Below, piece after piece: positions 1 through 7,309 of a stretch of 64,000 bases of DNA. A program made the translations under genes and the position numbers. Below the pieces are notes generated by a model. That model had not been told where the DNA came from, did no database searches, and was given only the letters and a program-made list of their open reading frames with translations. How positions within the stretch are numbered: position 1 is the stretch's first letter; every line of letters starts with the position of its first letter. Source of the DNA: Candidatus Dormiibacterota bacterium (GTDB lineage: Bacteria; Chloroflexota; Dormibacteria; Aeolococcales; Aeolococcaceae). The stretch covers positions 1-64,000 of the forward strand of contig CAVPXI010000004.1 in assembly GCA_963709585.1 (NCBI GenBank), given 5' to 3'.

Positions 1-1500
1 ACGCGAGCAACGCTTGGATCGCAGTCCAGCCACCCGACCCGAACGCCGACACCGCCGACGTCGCCACCGAGCACGGTGTCACCACTATCGACGTGCCCAA
101 GAACGTAAAGCCTCCCGGACACGTACCGGAGCCGGTATCCGACTGAACCTCTCCGACGAGCCGCTGGGAACGTGGCCACCGTCGACACAATCGACGCCAT
201 CCAGTCAGTCGCCGGGACCAGCCCGTCCCCAGCCCGCTACACGTCGTTGACACCCCGAACGTGCACGTCAAGTCCTGTACATGCTTCTGATCGGGTATGA
301 AGAAGAATTGCAACCCACACAACGCCGCCGAAATCGGGTTGAGTAATGTAATCAGATCCCCGACCGGATCCGTCCACGACCACCCATTACAGTCACCCGC
401 GCCCGAGCCCGTACCTGTGCCATTGCCACCCGGCCCGCAGTTCGTCCCCGTACAACCTCCACCACCACCCGTAGAACCCCACCCAGGCGCGTGCGGAGCT
501 GGCGTTACACCCACACCGGGCGTCCCCGTCGCCGCACCCCAGCACAAAATCCCCTGGACACCATTCTTCGGCACCGCCGACTGTGTCGCGTCCGCGGCAC
601 TAAGCACCGGCTTAGTCCCCGCATCAAGCACCCCGAACAACGACGCGTACATATCGCCAAAATCCGCCGACCCCGAGGCCGTCCCACCCGCATCCTGCGC
701 GGTATATGGCGCAGCTTGATAAAGCCGCGTATAGCCCGTAAACCCCGACACGTCCGTTATCACGTCATCGTGCAACGCACCCACCGGAGATGGAGCACCG
801 AACACAAACCCGACACAAACCTCGTCTGCAGACGTCGTGCCCTCCGTGTCAGTCGTAAGCACCGTGCCCGTAACGTCACCCCCCTGCGTCACGAATCCCT
901 GATCGAAATATTGCGGAGCCCAGTCACCACTAGTCCCCACGACCGACCCACCCTCGAAAATCACATACGACGACCCGAATACCCACCACCACCCACCCCC
1001 TCGATCCACCCCACGTTTGTCGAATTCGTCTCCGAAATCACCTCAATATAGGAATTCGCCGGCGCCCCGTTATCACCCGGGATTGACTGCCAATCCTCCG
1101 AGAACCCAGTCGAGAACGAAAGCGTCGCACCGACCGGCACCGCCACCACGACAATCCCGATGTGATAGACGTCGGAAGGCGCATCAGCGAACGGCGGGCA
1201 CTGCGTACCGAACGGGCACGTTCCCCCCTTGCCCGAATCACCACCGAAAGTAAACGACGCCAGCGACGCATGGCCGAACTTCGGCAACGCCGATGGCAAC
1301 GGTGGGGTTACAACCGACAATCCCTGAATTACCAAGACGATCAACAGCAAAAGGCCAGCTACTTCCAAGGCACGCCGTGAAGTGTTACGCCACAGCCACG
1401 CGAAGAACGACGCCCAGCTCGCCCGGGACGACACACCAGCCCACCAAGTCCGAACGCTGCCCACACCCCGATGCAGGAGCCCAAGAGGAGACTTAGACAC
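1..1500 (-). CDS. pIII-like minor coat/adhesion protein (apparent frameshifts near 990 and 880; runs off window)
   Basis: ORF 961..1500 has an N-terminal hydrophobic segment; manual translation continues in shifted frames through a Gly/Cys-rich linker (GSTGGGGGCTGTNCGPGGNGTGTGSGAGDC) to the window edge; lies directly downstream of the major coat gene as in inoviruses. Confidence 0.6.
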
Positions 1501-1521
1501 GACCCCTGCACCGGAGAACGA

Positions 1522-1780
1522 TCAGCTCCCGGCCGCCCGCTTCATCCAACGACGAAGAAGAAGGATCCCGATTGCAAAGCCCGCGATCGTCACCACGAAG
1601 ACAGCCGCTTCCCCGAGGTAAGTCGTGAAAGTCGTTGTCGCCGAGGTGAAGCCCGAGTCCACCGGGTCGGCAAATGCAGCACCGCCCGCCAGAACCGAAG
1701 CCACCACTACCGTCGCCGCAACCCCGACCATCCGGCCGCGAGCCACCATCGCCGCGCACTGGACGCTTGACAAGGTTCAT
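1522..1780 (-). CDS. Inovirus major coat protein (pVIII-like)
   Basis: Strong RBS GAGGGGAGGTG before ATG 1780 (one apparent indel near 1750); signal peptide ending AAFA; 48-aa mature DPVDSGFTSATTTFTTYLGEAAVFVVTIAGFAIGILLLRRWMKRAAGS with acidic N-terminus, TM helix and basic C-terminus. Confidence 0.85.
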
Positions 1781-1804
1781 CTGTAATTCACCTCCCCTCA
1801 CGCC

Positions 1805-1918
1805 CTAGTCGGATGCGAACAGCCTGAGAACCAGGCCGCACGCTCCCCCAACGACAAAACCAAGCAGAACCGTCTTAATTGCTTCCAACACAATGTCAAC
1901 CGGGAAGTTCGCCGGCAT
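1805..1918 (-). CDS. 37-aa single-TM protein, pVII/pIX-like minor coat candidate
   Basis: MPANFPVDIVLEAIKTVLLGFVVGGACGLVLRLFASD immediately upstream of the major coat gene; GGGAG RBS-like motif. Confidence 0.6.
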   Translation of the reverse strand: MPANFPVDIVLEAIKTVLLGFVVGGACGLVLRLFASD

Positions 1919-2110
1919 CCGACTGCTCCCTCGGCCACGAGTGCCACACCTGCACGGTCTTCGGGTGATACACGACATGAGAGCCGATATGCCCGAACGG
2001 CCGATGACACTCCGCCACAAACCACACCTTCCCCCGCGCCGGCGAGTCTTCGACAACAGCGGCCCCTCCGCACCGCACACACGCGAGCAGTCGATCAACA
2101 CGTCACTCAA
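1896..2110 (-). CDS. Small Cys/His-containing phage hypothetical protein (probably frameshifted)
   Basis: Overlapping ORFs 1805..2110 and 1896..2078 (C-x3-C; C-x4-GHIGSH) fill the gap between neighbouring genes. Confidence 0.35.
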
Positions 2111-2423
2111 CCGACCTACGGCCCTGATGAATCAGCAGCGCCATACCAAGCAGCGGCACGAAGACCAGCAACGAACCAAGCGCGAGATCCGGGAGCACTT
2201 GCCCGTCGTATTCGCTCACAAATCCCTCCGTGTCCGAATCCGAGTTGTTGCAGTAGGTCGGTCCGGGGCCAGTCGTGCCAGTCACGGTGCAGGATGCTCC
2301 GCTGGCAGCTCCCGTAGCGAACGCCGCAACCGATCCGCACGACGCCACGAGCGCGCACAGTGCCACGGAACGCGACGGCATACCCCCAGAGAACGAGCAA
2401 CGCAGCAGAACCCACCCGGTCAC
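2103..2423 (-). CDS. Small phage membrane protein (signal-like N-terminus, Cys pair, C-terminal TM)
   Basis: GTGA overlap with upstream stop; ends LALGSLLVFVPLLGMALLIHQGRRSVE. Confidence 0.55.
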   Translation of the reverse strand: MTGWVLLRCSFSGGMPSRSVALCALVASCGSVAAFATGAASGASCTVTGTTGPGPTYCNNSDSDTEGFVSEYDGQVLPDLALGSLLVFVPLLGMALLIHQGRRSVE

Positions 2424-3193
2424 GTCCCCCCCGCTCGTTTCATCCACCGACGAAGCATCACGATCCCGATCGCCAGGAACCCAACCGCGAGAACCATCGC
2501 GAGCGCATCAACCAAATAGCCCGACGTGAGCCCCTCGACGGAGGAAAAACCAGCACCGACCGGATCTGGCGGATTCCAAGGCCAAGACGTTCCATTACAG
2601 AACCCCGCCGCTGCCGAGTACCCATTACCCGTCGCCTCCTGCGCCGCCAGATCGCCACCCGTCGCCGGGTACGACGTCCCACCGATCGCCGCCGTCGGAT
2701 CGAAATTGCCCGTGTCCCAGTTCGGCGGATTGGACCAGTCCGCACTACCGTCCGAGTACCACGTCGTCCCACCGTCGAACGATTCGAACAGCTCAAGCGA
2801 GTCCGTCGCGTGCGACCCGTCAGGCCCGTAGATCGTGCCCGACGCACCATTGAACGCGACATTGACGTCATCGCCAGCCGTCGCCACCACGAACGTCGTC
2901 ACCGACGATGCGCCCGAGTAGCCGTACGTCGGCACGCCATCCGCGCCGTATTCCACCCACTCGGCAACAAACTTGATCGACTGACCCGCCGTCGTGCCCG
3001 CACCCGACGCCGCCCCCTCCGTCGCCACCGGAGCAGCAGGCACTCCCGGATCCGTGCACGCCGCATACGGCGTATAGGCGCCACCACCACCGCGCACCAA
3101 CTCAACGCGCGGTCCCGACCACGCAACCCAGGCCAGCGCGACGACCACCACGACCGGACCACACCGAGCACCCCAGCGCTTCAACCGCTTCAC
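2420..3193 (-). CDS. Secreted-domain / major-coat fusion protein (extended pVIII paralog)
   Basis: Signal-peptide-like N-terminus, ~175-aa domain with Asp-box SFDGGTTW, C-terminal 48 aa align gaplessly with the mature coat (23/48 identical by hand count). Confidence 0.8.
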   Translation of the reverse strand: MKRLKRWGARCGPVVVVVALAWVAWSGPRVELVRGGGGAYTPYAACTDPGVPAAPVATEGAASGAGTTAGQSIKFVAEWVEYGADGVPTYGYSGASSVTTFVVATAGDDVNVAFNGASGTIYGPDGSHATDSLELFESFDGGTTWYSDGSADWSNPPNWDTGNFDPTAAIGGTSYPATGGDLAAQEATGNGYSAAAGFCNGTSWPWNPPDPVGAGFSSVEGLTSGYLVDALAMVLAVGFLAIGIVMLRRWMKRAGGT

Positions 3194-3735
3194 CGTGACA
3201 CCCCGTCCAGGGTGGACGATGGATCGCCAGGCGCAAGCCCTCGGCCTAACGACCCACCGTCAGCCCCACCGCCGCCTAAAGCCCGTTGGGGGGTAACGAC
3301 CCCAGGCGACACCTCGCTCAGCAGCCCGCACTGTCCGCAGGCCGCCAAGACGTGATCCCCGATTACTTGCGGAACGCCAAGAATCCCGCCAACACAGCGA
3401 GAACAAAGAGCGCGATCAGACCCAGCGCCAAGTCCTCTTGATGCGTCGATGACGGATCCTGCGTCGAAGCTATCCAACTGATGACCAACACGCGTACCCC
3501 CTACTTGAACCGTCGTATGTTGCTGCACCGCCAGTGTCGCCGCGAGCTGCGCGTTCGCTTCCGTAAGCGTCTTTATTTGCAGCTCCATCTTCTGACGAAC
3601 GTCGATCGCGCCTTGATAGCTGCGACGCCACTTTCGGCCGATCAGAAAACACACCGCCGCGAAGAACACGAGCGGAATAATGCCCGTCCACGACCTATGA
3701 GCTGCCGCAACCGCCAGGAAACCGCCCACCGCCAA
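3190..3735 (-). CDS. Phage membrane protein with coiled coil and CxxC...CxxC zinc ribbon
   Basis: N-terminal TM segments, heptad-like segment QKMELQIKTLTEANAQL, CSRC and CGQC motifs; GGGAGG RBS; stop overlaps next start. Confidence 0.6.
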   Translation of the reverse strand: MAVGGFLAVAAAHRSWTGIIPLVFFAAVCFLIGRKWRRSYQGAIDVRQKMELQIKTLTEANAQLAATLAVQQHTTVQVGGTRVGHQLDSFDAGSVIDASRGLGAGSDRALCSRCVGGILGVPQVIGDHVLAACGQCGLLSEVSPGVVTPQRALGGGGADGGSLGRGLAPGDPSSTLDGVSR

Positions 3736-3752
3736 CCGCCTCCCGCCTTGAA

Positions 3753-4001
3753 TTACTTACCTGAACAGCACCCCTGCCGCGCTACGTGATCGTCCCACGC
3801 GGGCCGAGCAGCGTGATTTGCAACGCGCACACGGCCCGGGCCGTAGAGCGGTATGTGGTTCCAGACCACAAGCACCGAGCCGGTTGACGACGAGAACACC
3901 TCACCGTCGATGAGTGCGTGACACTCGCGACAAGTCGCGTGAACCTTGTCGCCCACCTGAACCTCCGTCGCAGGGATCACGCGCTTGGGCGGCGAGGGCA
4001 T
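3753..4001 (-). CDS. Phage hypothetical protein (CxxC motif)
   Basis: 82-aa ORF within the co-directional cluster; AGAAGGTG upstream. Confidence 0.45.
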   Translation of the reverse strand: MPSPPKRVIPATEVQVGDKVHATCRECHALIDGEVFSSSTGSVLVVWNHIPLYGPGRVRVANHAARPAWDDHVARQGCCSGK

Positions 4002-4071
4002 CCGTCACCTTCTGGGCCCATACCCGCTCTTACCTGGTGACTCCCGACCCAAGCACGATCTACGAAGACCA

Positions 4072-4551
4072 TCACGCTTCGACATTCTCCGGCCCATAAA
4101 GAGTGGGCGAGTCGTAAGGATCGTCCCCGGCATCCACCTCACCCGGCCGCTCCGCTTCGCGACGCATGAACCCGGCAGGCGACTCCTCGTAACGCGAGCC
4201 CCGCATAATCCCATCGGACGTCACCGGCTCGACCGTGTGGACCGACTCCGCAACGAAGGTAGGAAATGCGCCCTTGTTCCAGGGACGAGCGTCCACGTCG
4301 ACGCCGACCGCGACGACCGTGCCCGACGCGATCTTTCTAAGTGAGTCACCGACCTGCGTCGGCTGCCCGGTCCGAGGATCGAAAGCCGTGAACTCGATAC
4401 GAGCTTCGGTGTCTTTCGACCACGCCTGGCGGAAATACTTGACAAGCAGAAATTGCCTGCCCTTGTCCTCTTTCGTTCCTACGAACGTCCCAATGACAAC
4501 CGGGCCGGTAAGACGGCCGGCGCGCTGACTGTGCCCATCTGGCACCTCCAC
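4072..4551 (-). CDS. Putative ssDNA-binding (OB-fold, pV-like) protein
   Basis: Beta-rich pattern (GTVVAVGVDVDARPW) with acidic tail; GGAGGTG RBS precedes ATG ~4539 in a neighbouring frame (probable indel); position ahead of the structural genes. Confidence 0.5.
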   Translation of the reverse strand: MEVPDGHSQRAGRLTGPVVIGTFVGTKEDKGRQFLLVKYFRQAWSKDTEARIEFTAFDPRTGQPTQVGDSLRKIASGTVVAVGVDVDARPWNKGAFPTFVAESVHTVEPVTSDGIMRGSRYEESPAGFMRREAERPGEVDAGDDPYDSPTLYGPENVEA

Positions 4552-4685
4552 AAGATCGCAGGGTCTGTAGCCCTGGGTGACCTGTCCGTCACCTGGGCGG
4601 GCACGCTACACGGACCCCGTGACATAGGCAAGCACCCAACGCCTTACTCCTTGGCCTGCCGCATCGTGCTGACCGCTCGCTTCCC

Positions 4686-4733
4686 GTTGTCAACCCCTAC
4701 GTCATGACCTCGCTGCGCTCGGGGGTTGACAAC
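4686..4733. repeat. Perfect 12-bp inverted repeat hairpin, candidate phage origin, packaging signal or operator
   Basis: GTTGTCAACCCC (4686-4697) / GGGGTTGACAAC (4722-4733) in the divergent intergenic region; internal palindrome GTCATGAC. Confidence 0.6.
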
Positions 4734-4850
4734 CGCTCACCGGCACCACCTCGCCGGCTGACGCCGGCAACGGCTCAGCACACATGCGACACATGCCAAA
4801 GAAGGCAGGGGCCTGCCCCGAATACGGGGCGACCGTGAGAGGAGCACACC

Positions 4851-5093
4851 ATGGGGAGCACCAAGACCGTCACCGAGGTTCTAACCGACCACAAGGCAGA
4901 GCTTGACGAGCTGTCCGAGCAGATCCGACAGGTGGCACGTGACCTCGGAGACTTAAGCGCCTGGTTGCATCGGGAATTCGAGACGATCGAAAACCGCTTG
5001 AGGTACAAGGTCAATCACGGCGAGCTGCGTCGCATTATCAGCGCGGCGTGGGAAGCGAACAACAGCGAAGCCGACTCGAAGGTCGGAGGCTAA
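4851..5093 (+). CDS. Small coiled-coil hypothetical protein
   Basis: GAGGAG RBS, 80-aa helical ORF, TAATG overlap with next ORF. Confidence 0.6.
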   Translation: MGSTKTVTEVLTDHKAELDELSEQIRQVARDLGDLSAWLHREFETIENRLRYKVNHGELRRIISAAWEANNSEADSKVGG

Positions 5094-5289
5094 TGGCACC
5101 CGACCGACTGGCACTCGACCTACCGGCCGGTGATCTCACGACCACCATTCGCCGGCTCGAAGCACTCATCGCCCTCGCGGCGACGTGGGGCAAGACCCCA
5201 ACAAAGCGCACATCTACTACGACGGGTCGATTTGGTCCGTCACCTACGACAAGGAGACCACCAATGTGCTTGGCTCATCGTATTGCTGA
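5093..5289 (+). CDS. Small hypothetical protein (probable frameshift near 5200)
   Basis: GGAGG RBS and TAATG coupling; shifted frame reads NKAHIYYDGSIWSVTYDKETTNVLGSSYC then stop. Confidence 0.35.
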
Positions 5290-5299
5290 GAAGCTCGGG

Positions 5300-5508
5300 G
5301 CCCAATTCCTGGATGATGCCGCCCCTCATAACGGAATGATGTCACCCCCAAATTCCGAGATGATCGCGCCCCCCATCGGAATGATCCCGCCCGGTCGTGG
5401 CGCAACGACCGGCGCCGCCGTTGGCTTGATCAGGTCGCCCCTGGCAACCCCAAAGGAGGATGAGATGCCAGCGGAGCGGATTGGGATGCGCGATGCGCGC
5501 GAGAGATC
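5300..5508 (+). mobile_element. istA: IS21-family left end with truncated istA start (remnant)
   Basis: Four ~22-24-bp-spaced repeats of ATGAT-N-(G/A)CCC type, AAGGAGGA RBS, and ATG 5465 encoding MPAERIGMRDARE, recognised as an IstA N-terminus, broken at GATC 5505. Confidence 0.65.
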
Positions 5509-5637
5509 GCCAGCAGCAGCGCGTGCTCGCGGGTGTGGTCGGTGTGCGGGGCGGTCGGGTGGATCGCCGTGGTCGGCCGTCAGTATCAACAGGTCGTCGT
5601 CGCCCAGCAGCGTGAGCCACTCCCCGCCCGATCGATC
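5505..5637 (-). pseudogene. deoB: Phosphopentomutase C-terminal fragment
   Basis: Minus strand reads EWLTLLGDDDLLILTADHG..PT..HTDHTREHALLLA, matching the DeoB motif TADHGNDPT...TDHTRE; bounded by GATC and GATCGATC. Confidence 0.6.
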
Positions 5638-5915
5638 AAAGCATCGTGGAAGTTGTTACCTGGACATCGTGACGGTGGCCGTGAGCCTGATCGGTCTCGA
5701 CAAGGTAAGGAAGGATCAGGGCCCGATTCGAGGGCTGGAAAAGCAAGAAGGCGGTCAATCCGAGGCCACCACGACCGTCAAGCCACATCAGCCTCAGTAC
5801 CAACACCCACAAACAGGTAACAACCTCCATGCCACCACCATGCCTCCACCGCTCAGCATATACTCGTACCTCAAAGTGTAGCCGTCAGCGTGCCGATGAC
5901 CATATGCAGCTAAGG

Positions 5916-6041
5916 GGAGGGGATGGCATTGACGGAGGCGGGCCGTCTCGCGGTCGGGGCTACCCCCGCCGGCGAGAGCGAGGGGCGGAACGGCGAAGGC
6001 GTTCCGACCCCGTGCCCGCGGCACTCGATGCCGTCCCCTCC
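5916..6041 (+). ncRNA. 126-nt structured element (17-bp closing stem plus three-way junction); unknown ncRNA or MITE-like element
   Basis: GGAGGGGATGGCATTGA pairs with TCGATGCCGTCCCCTCC using two G-U wobbles on the + strand; inner stems GCGGGC/GCCCGC, TCTCGC/GCGAGA, CGGGG/CCCCG, GGGGCGGAACG/CGTTCCGACCCC. Confidence 0.45.
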
Positions 6042-6046
6042 GACCC

Positions 6047-6343
6047 TCACAGGGCGTCGAGCAGTTTCTGGCGGAGGACCTCGAGCTTCTCGAAGTCGTC
6101 GACCGACGGACGGGTCGTCGCCTTGTTGGGGAATTTGAGGTGCTGGACGGCTTCCGAGAGGATCCGCAGCTCGTCGTCGGTCAGACGGACCGAGCGCATG
6201 TGCGGCGCCGGGGCGGTCGGAACCGGATGCACCGCGTCGTCGTTGACGCCGACCGACAGCGGGGCGTCGAGCTGTTCAGGTTCCGCGGACCGGAAGAGCT
6301 CGTCGCTGCCGCGCAGCTGTGCGCGGCGGAATCCGCGCATCAC
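6047..6343 (-). CDS. Small ParA-partner hypothetical protein
   Basis: Overlaps parA stop; N-terminal RRAQLRGSDELFR motif; helical C-terminus. Confidence 0.7.
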   Translation of the reverse strand: MMRGFRRAQLRGSDELFRSAEPEQLDAPLSVGVNDDAVHPVPTAPAPHMRSVRLTDDELRILSEAVQHLKFPNKATTRPSVDDFEKLEVLRQKLLDAL

Positions 6344-7182
6344 CGTCGTGCCGCGCGCACCCGCTCGCGTGGACGTTCCGCGCTCCCGGAGACCTCGATG
6401 GTGCCGTCGTCACCGCGATCCTGAGCGATGACGGCCTTGGCCAGTGCCCGGTAGGAGCGAGCCCCAGGCGAGTTCGGAGCGTATTCGAGGATCGACTGGC
6501 CCGCCAGCGGGGTCTCGGCGAATCTGATCGAGGAGTTGACGGTGATCGGGAAGACCAGGTCGGGATACGCGCTCTTGACCAGATCGAGCACCTCCTGGCT
6601 GTGCAGGGTGCGCGACTTGTACAGCGTCGGCAGGATTCCGGCAACCCGCAGGTGGCTGTTGAGCTTGGCGCGCACGCGATCGATGGTGCGCTGCAGCTGT
6701 TGCATCCCCTTCATGCCGAAGTACTCGCACTGCAGTGGGATGATCACGTCCGTCGAGGCGACCAGCGCGTTGATGCAGAGCAAGCCGAGCGATGGTGGGC
6801 AATCGATGACCACGTAGTCGTAGCGACCCTCGATCGGCTCGAGCTTCTCCTTGAGGATCGACTCGCGGCCGAACTCGGTGACCAGTTGCAGCTCGGCTCC
6901 GCTGAGGTCGATGTTCGCCGGGATGAAGTCGAGCCCCATGCTCTCGGACGTGAGCAAGACGTCGCCGGTGTTGACGCGGTGGTCTGTGAGCAGGTCGTAG
7001 ATAGTCCGCTCCAGCTCGTCGGGCCGGCGGCACCCCATGTTGATGGTGAGGTGACCCTGGGGATCGAGGTCGATGGCGAGCACTCGCAGCCCCGCTTCCG
7101 CGATGGCTGCCGCGAGGTTGACTGCGGTCGTGGTCTTGCCCACACCGCCCTTCTGGTTCGCGACCGAAATGATCCGCGTCAT
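6340..7182 (-). CDS. parA: ParA/Soj family ATPase
   Basis: ANQKGGVGKTTT deviant Walker A, DLDPQG, IDCPPSLG. Confidence 0.95.
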   Translation of the reverse strand: MTRIISVANQKGGVGKTTTAVNLAAAIAEAGLRVLAIDLDPQGHLTINMGCRRPDELERTIYDLLTDHRVNTGDVLLTSESMGLDFIPANIDLSGAELQLVTEFGRESILKEKLEPIEGRYDYVVIDCPPSLGLLCINALVASTDVIIPLQCEYFGMKGMQQLQRTIDRVRAKLNSHLRVAGILPTLYKSRTLHSQEVLDLVKSAYPDLVFPITVNSSIRFAETPLAGQSILEYAPNSPGARSYRALAKAVIAQDRGDDGTIEVSGSAERPRERVRAARR

Positions 7183-7309
7183 GGCCGGCGCGGTGTCAAG
7201 AGATCGCAAAGGGAACAGACGCGCCTCACTGAGCAGGTATCATAGCGAACCCGATTGCCTCTCTCGGCCGTGGGTCGGGAGCAAGTGCACTTGCAGCGGT
7301 CATTGACCC

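Larger units (their letters stand above)
1..5290 (-). mobile_element. Filamentous phage (inovirus-like) module, truncated by the left window edge; right boundary uncertain
   Basis: Co-directional run of short overlapping minus-strand ORFs including a pVIII-like coat, 37-aa single-TM protein, Gly-rich pIII-like protein and OB-fold-like protein; coding strand is G/T-rich, unlike the host backbone. No pI/Zot ATPase, Rep or integrase in window. Confidence 0.8.

Noticed and set aside
5305-5395. Short periodic repeats as a mini-CRISPR array
   Set aside because: Period ~22-24 bp with no unique spacers and no cas genes; followed by an IstA start, so these are IS21 terminal repeats.
5048-5881. 277-aa plus-strand ORF
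   Set aside because: Reads through IS-end repeats, the istA stub and antisense deoB; not a coherent protein.
5830-5915. dif-like Xer integration site for the inovirus
   Set aside because: No convincing XerD arm (TTATGTTAA-like) found by eye.
5916-6041. 5S rRNA, SRP RNA or tRNA identity for the structured element
   Set aside because: Size is 5S-like, but the conserved 5S loop motifs, the SRP domain IV motif and the T-loop GTTCGA are absent.
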